Below are positions 23,746 through 34,924 of a DNA stretch of 38,000 nucleotides, one piece after another. The notes under the pieces were generated by a model that saw only the letters and a list, made by a program, of their open reading frames with translations, did not search any database and was not told the origin of the DNA. Each line of letters starts with the position of its first letter. The stretch's first letter is position 1. The stretch is taken from the NCBI GenBank assembly GCA_032718475.1, contig JAUCBJ010004746.1, forward strand, positions 1 through 38,000, given 5' to 3'. The DNA comes from Nemertoderma westbladi. Taxonomy: Eukaryota > Animalia > Xenacoelomorpha. The position numbers and the translations under genes are program-made.

Positions 23746-26700
23746 AAATATTATTTTTATTGTGTCAATACAGCGCATTATTTAATAAAAAAAGGATTAC
23801 AAGTAGAAGAAAGAACCCTTACCGGGATAAGTTTCTGTTATGGTTAATACTGCGGTAAATATTTGTAAAATAATGTTACTTTACAACAAATTTGTATTGT
23901 ATTATTATTATTCATTTTTCATTCCATTTGAATTCCTTTAAATAAAATAATCATTCCGTTTTCATTTAGATATGTTTCGCCCACCTGAAATGGTTTCCTA
24001 GGAGGTGCGGTTATGTTAATTTTTGTATTATTAATTAATTATTGTTAGACCTTATTTTATACTTTAATTTATTTTCTTACATCAGTTTATTTCACTTCTG
24101 CCTTTACTTTCAGTTTGTGCTGATTATATATAATTCCATCTCTTTCATTGATGCCGATTGAGATTATTTGTGTTCCCCTTTCCACTTTCTATGGTAATAT
24201 TATTATACCATGTATATTATATTGTACATATTTATAATATATCCCACCACACAGGTACAACTCTACACAACATACATAATAAACACACAGGTATTCTACT
24301 TTCTAATTGACTTTATTTCATCTGTGTAAAATTGATAGAATACTAACTACTAGTCCGGCAGATATTACATTATACCTTGAATGGAAGTATATAGTAAATG
24401 TTTTAACTGATTCGGGTTGGTAATATTGTTGTCATCAATAATCAGACTGATTCCAAACTGGCATCATTGAGTGTTTTACTAAAAGTTACCAAATTCTACA
24501 CCGGAGCATGACTTTATATTAAACAAAACCGACTTCAATCCTCCAGGGGTGTGTTCCAGAACGTTTTTACTCGCTATTATTCCAATAAGAATAGCCCCGG
24601 TTTCAAGTTAAAATTATGCTATATCGTAATATGTAGTTAAATTAATTTTAAAATTATTCAATAACATAACTTCTGCATCAACATTAATGTTAAATTCCTG
24701 GTTGTATCTTAAGATATTTAAAAAAACTATTCCACAATTGCAATGGGTGAATTAATATCAGATAGCCATATACATTCAATAACTAACTTTACATAATCGT
24801 CAAAGCAAAATTATGTCAGGCTCAGGAGTGATTGAAATTAAAACGTTTTATAAAAGTGCTCCATAACATAGGGATTCCGGTGATATAAGGTTCAGAGAAA
24901 ATAGGACTGATATCTACCGGACTATACAATACAGTTCGATTTGATATTCTTTTATATTTGTCTAACTTGTAATAATATTTTACTTACGATGGTGATGAGT
25001 CTATATAAACTGCCGGCAGACATTTTGATTATATCTGATTATATACTAAATACTAAATATTATGAAGTTACTAACACACTTTAATGTGATCGCAATATAT
25101 TCGATTCAGCGCTCAACTGCTGGCTTATAACATATATCACAAATAATTACTTCTATTAATTTATAAAAGTCAACTGCTTACAGTTGCCACGTAACTGTAG
25201 GCAGATTTTGATTACATGATGTGCATTTAATTATTTTACATGATGTGCATTTTCATTTTCTCTACTAATAAGCAATATTTAACATTTTAGCCACCGTGTC
25301 GTTATTTTCTTTGTGTTTTAGAAGCTGATATTTCTGTTATACTGAAAACCGAAGAATAAATAACCGAACTGAAGTTAAACAGGTCATTTTGATTTGTGGT
25401 CGGAGAGCATCTCATGGTGCGACTCGTTGGCGTCATACTTAACACTACTATATGAGACGACGTCTGTCAAATTCGAATTATAAAGTGATGTAGGGTAACG
25501 TTTAGATTTTTAGAGACCTTATACACCATCAGTTCAACAGTCTCCCGCTAGAGGGCTACATGTCTAAAGATTAAATGGAAGCTGATCCGTCTGCAGTTCT
25601 CTAGTCTGCCGCTAGAAGCGAAATTTCTGAAAGTGAAATCTTTGACCCATTCCGTTATTTATGATTCGTACAAGCTCAAACTTGCTAGATATGTGGTAGA
25701 ACATAGCATGTGTATTCGTGGAAACTGTAATCAGTCTGAGTTTCTCCAGTCTGCTGCAGAGGGGTTTAAATATATGAAAGTGATAACCTTCCCCATTTCC
25801 TTGATCTTAACCTTAGCAGATTTTTGCAATTGCCTCAAGAGGTCGAAATGTCTGAAAGGCAGAGCCGGATCAATCCTGATGGGGCCCCCTGTATGGGTGA
25901 TGGATCAGAGATAGAGATTTGTTGAGATTGAAACAATAATTATTATAATTAAGAATCAAACCATACAGTTTAATATTTTGAAAAATACTTTACGAGCCTT
26001 ACACTGCAGTCTCCTAGCAACCCGATGATGTCAAGCCTATTAATTTTAGATAAATAAATTTATTATAACTACAAGACAGTTTCACTGGTGCTCCACTAAG
26101 GCCCCACACAAATTTTACATACCCACACTATTTTTAAACTTTTGACAGACTATTTGTGAACTAAGTTTGGTTACCTATCATCGAGGGTTGATCGAGTTAT
26201 TTAATTTAATTTAATTATTTATCAGAGGCGGAGGGAGGGGAGGGGGGGGGGGGGGTTACGTTCCCCGGGCGCTGAAATGTCGGGGAATCCTTTTAAAAAA
26301 TAGGACAAATCAGTGAAAAGCCAGGGATTGTGATATATAAAGGACATGTGTTATAAGCGAAAATGTGGAGAAAATGTTATCTGCTCGCTTCTCTCGCCAT
26401 TCAATATATTACAAATCAACTATATATATATCAAACTTGTGTATGGTGAGACCAGGGAGATTCGGCACGTGGGGAGATTTGGCATGTATGCCTTGTGAGG
26501 GACTTCCTGAATGTGGATTGTAACAACTTTTTTACTCAACTTATACACTATATAAGCGGAAACTGAAACAATTTTTAAATTGTTGTGTGCAACTGGCGAT
26601 TCTCTTGATAACATTTTGTAATTTTCCAATCAAAACGATAATTTTTTATTTTTTGTGTCCCAGGAAACCTCTCTCATAAGTATCATCACTGTACTTTTGG

Positions 26701-27373
26701 ATATATGAGTATGATCGTCAACTATTTGGCATTATGTTAAAGTTGACAGAATAAAATAATGTCTTTACAAAAATCTTGTATAATTTATTTTTCATATTTA
26801 TCAAAGTTCCCCAGGTTGGGACATATGGCATTTGTGTGCTAGGGATGTTTGGCATTTCAATGTAATCATTACAGTCTCCCACTGCCAGTAGCCTATTGGT
26901 GTCTAGTTGTACTCCCATTTCACTGCAGTGCAGTGCCAGTGACTAATTGTTTATAATCCTAATCCTGTTCCTTGTTTATAAATTGTTTATTAGATTTTTG
27001 CTTATAATTATTTGGAGTTGACACTTAAGTTAATTAATTAGTAATTACATTACAGATAGAACCGAGGTGTATGGTGACTCTGTATTACCTACTGCAGTCA
27101 GGCAGTACAGTATCAGATGTTTTCACTGATTCAGGTACCGTACTGCCGTACCTGTTTTCGATTTGATTCGTATTGCTGTAACTTTTATCAGTACACATTA
27201 AGGCATTACCGTACCGGCGTACTGCATTACCGGTAGGGTTTATCTATATAAATATTGCTAAATTTCAACCCCAGGCCCAGTGCACACGCACTGTACTCCC
27301 CTCTGCACCTCGACCTCACAAAATGCGTCATATTATTATTAGGCCTATTTAATATCAATACAGCAATATTTCA

Positions 27374-27727
27374 ATGCCATTCCATTTATCAGCGTTGTGG
27401 CGTAATAACCCCGAAACTCTAAACTCCAAGGCAGTTACCGAACCCGTTGCTGTGACAACTGACCCAGTTGCTAAGGACTCGCGTGCAGTGGATCCTGGGG
27501 AAGGGTGGAGAAGGACTCGAACAACGTATCTATTCCGAATAACTAACTTCGAGTTATTCGCGCGACCCAATAAGTTTGTTATGGTCGCGGGAGCATTGGC
27601 GTTTACCTGTTGTCTCGGTTACGTGGCCTATATGCAGAAAACTACGAGTCCTGAGTTACAATTGAAAAAGGCTGAAAAATTAGATCAAATTGGAGGTGTT
27701 AAACGAAAAAAATCCAACTGGGATTAA
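27374..27727 (+). CDS. SMIM8: Small integral membrane protein 8 (DUF4500 family), 117 aa
   Basis: GWRRTRTTYLFRITNFELFARPNKFVM, one transmembrane helix (VAGALAFTCCLGYVAYM) and the C-terminal RKKSNWD match SMIM8 (G.[25 protein letters not shown]...RRKTSKWD). Confidence 0.9.
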   Translation: MPFHLSALWRNNPETLNSKAVTEPVAVTTDPVAKDSRAVDPGEGWRRTRTTYLFRITNFELFARPNKFVMVAGALAFTCCLGYVAYMQKTTSPELQLKKAEKLDQIGGVKRKKSNWD

Positions 27728-27779
27728 AAGACTGATTAAATTAATTATAAGTTCAACTGCTGAACTGGAATAAACTGTG

Positions 27780-29636
27780 ATGGCTGTTTCAGTAAAGGAC
27801 CGGCAGTTGACGTCGTTGAAACGAATGTTAAACTTCAACCATCCGACGGCGCGCGGCACTAAGGTTTCGGAGCCTGTCTGGAAGATCTTGATTTACGATC
27901 GGGCCGGTGAGGCGATAATAGCCCCTCTTCTATCGGTCAAACAGCTGCGCGACCTCGGCGTCACTCTCCATCTGCTGCTCCACTCAGATCGGGATGAAAT
28001 CTCCGACGTTCCCGCTATTTACTTCCTTCTACCGACATCCGACAACGTCCGACGCATCTGCAAAGACGTCGGCGATAAACTCTATGAATCCCACCATCTC
28101 AACTTTATATCGGCCGTCTCCCGACAACACATTGAGGATTTAGCATCAACTGCTTTGCAACACAACGCGGTCACATCGATTTCCCGGGTTTTCGATCAGT
28201 ATCTGAACTTCGTGTCGTTGGAGGACGAGTTGTTTGTGTTGCGAACCGGCGGAACCGACAGCTACGCCGAGATTAACGCACCGGACGCCGCCGACACCGT
28301 AGTAGAGGCGGCCACCGATGCAGTCGTCGACGGTTTATTCTCCGTCTGCGTCACTCTCGGCGCGATCCCGGTAATCCGCAGTCCGCGAGGCAACGCGGCC
28401 GAAATGGTCGCCGAGAAACTCGACAAGAAGATCCGAGAGAACCTACGGGACACCCGGAACAGTTTATTCACGTCGTCCGCGGACGGCTTTGGCTCGGAAC
28501 GGATCCAACGTCCTCTGCTCGTTGTGCTCGATCGCTCTTTCGATCTCGCGACGCCGCTCAGGCACACCTGGAACTACCAGCCGCTTATAGACGACGTTCT
28601 AGAACTAAATCTAAACAAAGTGACGGTTTCCGAGAATTCGGAAGGCGTTCGGAACCGGAAGGTTTACGAGTTGAATCTTCCGGCGGATAAGTTCTGGGCG
28701 GCGAACAAAGGGAGGCCGTTTCCGGCGGTTGCCGAGGCCGTTCAGTCCGAGTTGGATTCCTACCGGGGTGCCGAGGAGGAGGTTAAACAACTCAAGGAAG
28801 TTATCGACGACGGATCGGGTTTCTCGACGGATCGACTGACCTCCGCGGTGAGTTCCTTGCCGGAACTCCTCGAGCGTAAACGCCTCGTGGACCTCCACAC
28901 GAACCTCGCTACGGCGCTGCTCGATGAGATTAAACACCGGAAACTCGACGTATACTTCGAGATCGAAGAGAAACTCCTGAGTAAAACTCGAGTTTCCGAC
29001 GAGTCGCAGTTGTTGGAGATCCTGGGGGACCCGGAAACGGGGACCCCGGACGATAAACTCCGACTGTTCCTCATCTACTTCCTCTCGGTTTCGGGTAACT
29101 CGTTGAGCGACTCCGACCTGGACTCTTACCGCTCAGCACTGCGGGACGCGGGTTGCGGCGACCTCGCGGCGCTCCGCTACGTCGCCCACCACCGCCGGAT
29201 GTCCCGGATCAACTCGAGTCTCTACTCAGACGGCTCCGTTCAATCCGTGTCCATGTTCGGTAAGCTGATGTCGCACGGCTCCCAGTTCGTCATGGAGGGC
29301 GTTAAGAATCTCGCTGTTAAGCAGCACAAACTCCCGCTCACTAAGGTTATCGACCGACTCGCCGAAGGGAAGTCTGACTCAGAGACTTCCCAGTACCGAT
29401 ACTTCGACCCGAAACTTCTACCCTCCGCCGATCCACTGAAACCCAAACCCCTAGCGACCAGCGACGTTATTGTATTTGTGGTTGGAGGCGGAAGTTATTC
29501 CGAGTTCGATAATGTTATGGAATACGGGAGGAATAAAGTTCCGGTGCGGAGGATAACTTACGGGGCCACCGAGATGGTTAGTCCGTCGAGGTTCTTGGGA
29601 CAGTTGGAAGGGCTGGGGCGGTTGCAGGACTCCTAG
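27780..29636 (+). CDS. SCFD1: Sec1 family domain-containing protein 1 (Sly1, SM protein of ER-Golgi transport), intronless CDS, 618 aa
   Basis: LKRMLNFN, EPVWKILIYD, PLLSVKQLRDLGVTLHLLLHSDRD..DVPAIYF, VFDQYLNFVSLE, RGNAAEMVAEKLDKKIRENLRD, QRPLLVVLDR.FDLATPL.HTW.YQ, FVMEGVKNL, VFVVGGGSY.E. The ATG is at 27780; the ORF track starts at an upstream GTG. Confidence 0.96.
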   Translation: MAVSVKDRQLTSLKRMLNFNHPTARGTKVSEPVWKILIYDRAGEAIIAPLLSVKQLRDLGVTLHLLLHSDRDEISDVPAIYFLLPTSDNVRRICKDVGDKLYESHHLNFISAVSRQHIEDLASTALQHNAVTSISRVFDQYLNFVSLEDELFVLRTGGTDSYAEINAPDAADTVVEAATDAVVDGLFSVCVTLGAIPVIRSPRGNAAEMVAEKLDKKIRENLRDTRNSLFTSSADGFGSERIQRPLLVVLDRSFDLATPLRHTWNYQPLIDDVLELNLNKVTVSENSEGVRNRKVYELNLPADKFWAANKGRPFPAVAEAVQSELDSYRGAEEEVKQLKEVIDDGSGFSTDRLTSAVSSLPELLERKRLVDLHTNLATALLDEIKHRKLDVYFEIEEKLLSKTRVSDESQLLEILGDPETGTPDDKLRLFLIYFLSVSGNSLSDSDLDSYRSALRDAGCGDLAALRYVAHHRRMSRINSSLYSDGSVQSVSMFGKLMSHGSQFVMEGVKNLAVKQHKLPLTKVIDRLAEGKSDSETSQYRYFDPKLLPSADPLKPKPLATSDVIVFVVGGGSYSEFDNVMEYGRNKVPVRRITYGATEMVSPSRFLGQLEGLGRLQDS

Positions 29637-30681
29637 TCTGGATGGGGAGTTGTGGGTCTCCAGTAGAGGTCCCAGTCTAGTGCTAGGGGCTGGGGCGGTT
29701 GCAGGTCTCCTAGTCTGGGTGGGGAGTTGTGGGTCTCTAGCAGAGGTCCCAGTCTAGTGCTAGGGGCTGGGGCGGTTGCAGGTCTCCTAGTCTGGGTGGG
29801 GAGTTGTGGGTCTCCAGTAGAGGTCCCAGTCTAGTGCTAGGGGCTGGGGCGGTTGCAGGTCTCCTAGTCTGGGTGGGGAGTTGTGGGTCTCTAGCAGAGG
29901 TCCCAGTCTAGTGCTAGGGGCTGGGGCGGTTGCAAGTCTCCTAGTCTGGGTGGGGAGTTGTGGGTCTCTAGCAGAGGTCCCAGTCTAGTGCTAGGGGATG
30001 GGGCGGTTGCAGGTCTCCTAGTCTGGATGGGGAGTTGTGGGTCTCCAGTAGAGGTCCCAGTCTAGTGCTAGGGGCTGGGGCGGTTGCAGGTCTCCTAGTC
30101 TGGGTGGGGAGTTGTGGGTCTCTAGCAGAGGTCCCAGTCTAGTGCTAGGGGCTGGGGCGGTTGCAGGTCTCCTAGTCTGGGTGGGGAGTTGTGGGTCTCT
30201 AGCAGAGGTCCCAGTCTAGTGCTAGGGGATGGGGCGGTTGCAGGTCTCCTAGTCTGGGTGGAGAGTTGTGGGTCTCTAGTAGAGGTCCCAGTCTAGTGCT
30301 AGGGGCTGGGGCGGTTGCAGGTCTCCTAGACTGGATGGGGAGTTATGGGTCTCTAGTAGAGGTCCCAGTCTAGTGCTAGTGGCTGGGGCGGTTGCAGGTC
30401 TCCTAGTCTGGGTGGGGAGTTTGGGTCTCTAGTAGAGGTCCCAGTCTAGTGGTAGGGGCTGGAGCTGTTGCAGGTCTCCTAGTCTGGGTGGGGAGTTGTG
30501 GGTCTCTAGTAGAGGTCCCAGTCTAGTGCTAGGGGATGGGGCGGTTGCAGGTCTCCTAGTCTGGGTGGGGAGTTGTGGGTCTCTAGTAGAGGTCCCAGTC
30601 TAGTGCTAGGGGCTGGAGCCGTTGCAGGACTCCTAGTCTGGGAGGGGAGTTATGGGTCTCTAGCTGAGTAGAGGTTCCAGT
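29610..30681. repeat. 77-bp G-rich tandem array (~14 copies) beginning inside the SCFD1 coding end
   Basis: Unit GGGGCTGGGGCGGTTGCAGGTCTCCTAGTCTGGGTGGGGAGTTGTGGGTCTCTAGYAGAGGTCCCAGTCTAGTGCTA. Period 77 (GGCTGGGGCG at 29611, 29688, 29765...). Confidence 0.97.
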
Positions 30682-30871
30682 GCTGTGTACTATTTTCTCA
30701 CTTTGTTGCGTTTCAGTTTGTTGGTTTTTGGTTGCAATTTATTTAATTGTAATTGGTTAATATTTATTTTGGATGACATTCGTATTAAACGGTAGAGGTA
30801 GAATGAAATATGGAAATATTTAATACGAAAGAAAATAATTATTCCGATATTATTACGATCGTCCGTCCTAC

Positions 30872-31225
30872 GGGTGAGTAAAAAACAAAGACTAAAGACC
30901 TGTACAAAACACATGTGTTAAACTTTCGTTTATTGTTTTGGTTCCCCCAACACGCCTCTGTAACCTGCTCCTTTACTAACCTTCTCCTTTAAATGGCAAT
31001 GGGACCTCACGCTCTATGGGACCTAACGCGACTTTACTTCTTTGTTTTGTACAGGTCACAAAAACCGTTAGGTCCCATTGCCATTTAAAGGAGCAGGTTA
31101 GTAAAGGAGCAGGTTACAGAGGCGTGTTGGGGGAACCAAAACAATAAACGAAGTCAACACATGTTACAATACAAGATTATGCAGGTTACTTAATTGGGTC
31201 TTTGGTCTTTGTTTTATACTCACTC
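30872..31225. mobile_element. Hairpin MITE with ~95-bp near-perfect inner inverted repeats plus outer degenerate arms
   Basis: 30911-31007 (ACATGTGTT..TTCGTTTATTGTTTTGGTTCCCCCAACACGCCTCTGTAACCTGCTCCTTTACTAACCT.CTCCTTTAAATGGCAATGGGACCT) is the reverse complement of 31070-31164. Outer arms GTGAGTA..AAACAAAGAC.AAAGACC / GGTCTTTGGTCTTTGTTT..TACTCAC. Confidence 0.85.
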
Positions 31226-31457
31226 TCGGTACTACTTCATAGGGTTGTATTCATAAAACTAAAAAAAACTAACAATTTGCTTTTGCTTTAATGTACCATT
31301 TGATGGGTTTATTAAGCAAAATCAAATGGTACTTGCTTCTTGGTTGTAAGCAAAAGAAAAATTGCTTAAATTAAAGTAAATAATAATTTTATTTTACTCT
31401 TCAATCTATTCCGACTGCGGAAATCCAATTGAGTTCCACACTAACATTTTGCACTTG

Positions 31458-32466
31458 GAACGAAATGGGAGAAGGATTTCACTTTCTGATATTTCGACCC
31501 CTAGCATCAGACTGGAGATCTGCAGAATGATCAGCGTCTTCCCCAAACCCGCATCCTTGTAGTAGACCTCTGCCGAGTATCAGCAAAAAAGCATTATGAA
31601 CAACGAAATAGGTGAATGTTTCGTTAAATTAGTGGCAGGTTGGAGAACTGCAGACCGATCACTTTCCTCACAAAGACACATGTGGCCTAATAGATACATG
31701 CCAAGATTCAGCTTAAACGGATTAAAATCACGGAGATGGGATAAGTTTTACTCTTTCGGAGATTTCGACTACAAGCGGCAAACTGGAGAAACTGCAGACC
31801 GCAATTACCGTAACCACAAAGACGCTGGCTGTGTTCTAGAGACGCTGGCTGTGTTCTAGAGACGCTGGCTGTGTTCTAGAGACGTGGGCTGTGTTCTAGA
31901 GACGCGGGCTGTGTTCTAGAGACGCGGGCTGTGTTCTAGAGACGCGGGCTGTGTTCTAGAGACGCGGGCTGTGTTCTATAGACACGGGCTGTGTTCTAGA
32001 GACGCTGGCTGTGTTCTAGAGACGTGGGCTGTGTTCTAGAGACGCGGGCTGTGTTCTAGAGACGCGGGCTGTGTTCTAGAGACGCGGGCTGTGTTCTAGA
32101 GACGCGGGCTGTGTTCTATAGACGCGGGCTGTGTTCTAGAGACGCGGGCTGTGTTCTAGAGACGCGGGCTGTGTTCTAGAGACGCGGGCTGTGTTCTAGA
32201 GACACGGGCTGTGTTCTAGAGACGCGGGCTGTGTTCTATAGACACGGGCTGTGTTCTAGAGACGCGGGCTGTGTTCTAGAGACGCGGGCTGTGTTCTAGA
32301 GACGCGGGCTGTGTTCTAGGGACGCGGGCTGTGTTCTATAGACGCGGGCTGTGTTCTAGAGACGCGGGCTCACAAGTTTCAGCTTGAACGGATCATAAAT
32401 ATCGAAATGAGAGAAGGATTTCACTATCAGAGATTTCGCCCTCAAGCGGCAGACTTGAGAACTGCA
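31458..32466. repeat. Degenerate ~80-bp modules (31458, 31711, 32382) of a composite repeat element hosting the 20-bp array
   Basis: Shared pattern GArATGrGA.AAG..TTT.ACT.T...GA.ATTTCG.C..C.AGC..CArACT.GAGA.CTGCA; the second and third modules are preceded by AGCTTrAACGGAT. Confidence 0.55.
31820..32370. repeat. 20-bp minisatellite (GACGCGGGCTGTGTTCTAGA)n, ~27.5 copies
   Basis: Exact 20-bp periodicity with few single-base variants. Confidence 0.98.
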
Positions 32467-32789
32467 TGCGGATTAGCCCCCTTTGTAAGACTGGATTAAA
32501 ATAAAAGAAATGGGAGGACATGTATTGTTTAAAAGACATGTGGCCCCCTAGCGGCCAACAGGCGAACTTTGGAAGTCTGTCTGTATTTAAACTTTCTAAA
32601 CTTTTTCATAGATCAATCCTACAAAGTTTTAGTTTAAGAAAGTGGATGTTCCTCAGATAGATAGACAGACACGAGGTTGAGATAAGCCTACCCCTATGCT
32701 AAGCTCGCTTACTTTCGTGGCTCGCCCCACTAGGAGCGAAGGAAGTCTCTTGAACTGTCACTGCACAACACAAGATTGCACAAGAGTCT

Positions 32790-34135
32790 CAAATCTCCAA
32801 CTGAAACGTCTCCAGTTCGCCTAACTATCATTCCCCAAACTCCAACCGAAACGTCGATAATTTGCCTAACTAATGTTCCCCAAACTCCAACCGAAACGCC
32901 TGCTGTTTGCCAAACTACGCTCTCAAAATTCCACCCGAAACGTCTCCAGTTTGCCCAACTAACGTTCCCCAAACTCAAACCGAAACGTCGCCAGTTTGCC
33001 TTACTAACGTTCCCCAAACTCCAACCGAAACGTCTCCAGTTTGCCTTACTAACGTTCCCCAAACTCCAACCGAAACGTCTCCAGTTTGCCTAACTAACGT
33101 TCCCCAAACTCCAACCGAAACGACTCGAGTTTGCCTAACTAACGTTCCCCAAACTCCAACCAAAACGTCTCCAGATTGCCTAACTAACGTTCCCAAAACT
33201 CCAACCTATCCGCCTCCAGTTTGCCAAACTACGCTCTCAAAATTCCAACCGAAACGGCTCCAGTTTGCCTAACTAACGTTCCCCAAACTCCAACCGAAAC
33301 GTCGCTAATTTGCCTAACTAATGTTCCCCAAACTCCAACCGAAACGCCTCCTGTTTGCCAAACTACGCTCTCAAAATTCCAACCGAAACGTCTCCAGTTT
33401 GCCTAACTAACGTTCCCCAAACTCAAACCGAAACGTCTCCAGTTTGCCTAACTAACGTTCCCCAAACTCCAACCGAAACGCCTCCAGTTTGCCTAACTAA
33501 CGTTCCCAAAACTCCAACCGAAACGTCTCCAGTTTGCCTAACTAACGTTCCCCAAACTCCAACCGAAACGTCTCCAGTTTGCCTAACTACGCCCAAACTC
33601 CAACCGAAACGTCTCCAGTTTGCCTAACTAACGTTCCCCAAACTCCAACCGAAACGTCTCCAGTTTGCCTAACTAACGTTCCCACAAACTCCAACCGAAA
33701 CGTCTCCAGTTTGCCTAACTAACGCTCCCCAAACTCCAACCGAAACGTCTCCAGTTTGCCTAACTAACGTTCCCCAAACTCCAACCGAAACGTCTCCAGT
33801 TTGCCTAACTAACGTTCCCCAAACTCCAACCGAAACGCCTCCAGTTTGCCTAACTAACGTTCCCCAAACTCCAACCGAAACGTCTCCAGTTTGCCTAACT
33901 AACGTTCCCCAAACTCCAACCGAAACGTCTCCAGTTTGCCTAACTAACGTTCCACAAACTCCAATCGAAACGTCTCCAGTTTGCCTAACTAACGCTCCCC
34001 AAACTCCAACCGAAACGTCTCCAGTTTGCCTAACTAACGCTCCCCAAACTCCAACCGAAACGTCTCCAGTTTGCCTAACTAACGTTCCCCAAACTCCAAC
34101 CGAAACGTCTCCAGTTTGCCTTACTAACGATCCCC
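32790..34135. repeat. 45-bp tandem array (~30 copies, with shorter variant units)
   Basis: Unit AAACTCCAACCGAAACGTCTCCAGTTTGCCTAACTAACGTTCCCC. A ~43-bp variant (TTTGCCAAACTACGCTCTCAAAATTCC) occurs near 32906, 33220 and 33354. Confidence 0.97.
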
Positions 34136-34924
34136 ACCCACCAATAACTCTGTATTCCAACAAATCCGCGGGCGTTATACGTGATTCATAAAGCAATACA
34201 CTTAATTATAATAATCCCATTGTTTCCAGGGCTTAATTAAAATAAAGAAGAACGCGTGACTTAAAATTAACTTCGATTCCATCCGTTTTATCTATTCATT
34301 TCTTTTTATCAACGTATTTCCTGTAAGTTTATTCAAAGAAAATCCCCAATGATCAATTATAAGTTAGTGGCTGGAGGTCTTCCATCCTGCCTATGAGATT
34401 TAATGAGCTCCTTTGGGTGAGATAGATAGTTATAGAAGTGACTTCTCAGCTCCCCTGTAGGAGGTATATATCCTATCGAACGTGTTTAGCATAATTATTG
34501 TTACTGATACATATTGAACATAATTATTAATCACTGAGAATATTGTAATGAATAAAAAAGCACCCCAAATACATCAAAAGGTGCTGTGAGGTATAGTTAT
34601 AAGGCCTAGTAGGTATAACTGCACGGAGTGGTCATATATGAATATAAATTCGAAACTGAAAGTAAACGAGAAACTGAAATCCAAAACTTTATTAAGTGGT
34701 GGTGGCATCGGAAGCTTTATCATCAATCTGAAGCTTTTTAAATTTAATAAATTTCATAAAAAAAATTAACAGCATTCATAAATAATTAATCAAAAACAAC
34801 TGTTTTTACCAAGGAAACCCATATCACAATATAAAACAACATTTGTTGCAATGCGTTACATAATATATAAAGTCACAACTTATTTACTACACCATGTCGT
34901 CCGGTACCTAAACCCCAAATCGTA

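Noticed and set aside
26430-26870. Possible DNA transposon remnant with repeated GGGA.AT.TGGCA motifs
   Set aside because: Only short degenerate direct motifs; no TIR pair or TSD could be defined.
29610-34135. CRISPR-like appearance of the 77-, 20- and 45-bp arrays
   Set aside because: Head-to-tail units with no unique spacers, no cas genes, and a eukaryotic context.
32730-34196. Mucin-like protein (PQTPTETSPVCLTNV)n or its antisense (GVWGTLVRQTGDVSV)n
   Set aside because: The 45-bp unit is open by chance. Shorter variant units repeatedly break the frame, and there is no signal peptide or convincing start or splice context.
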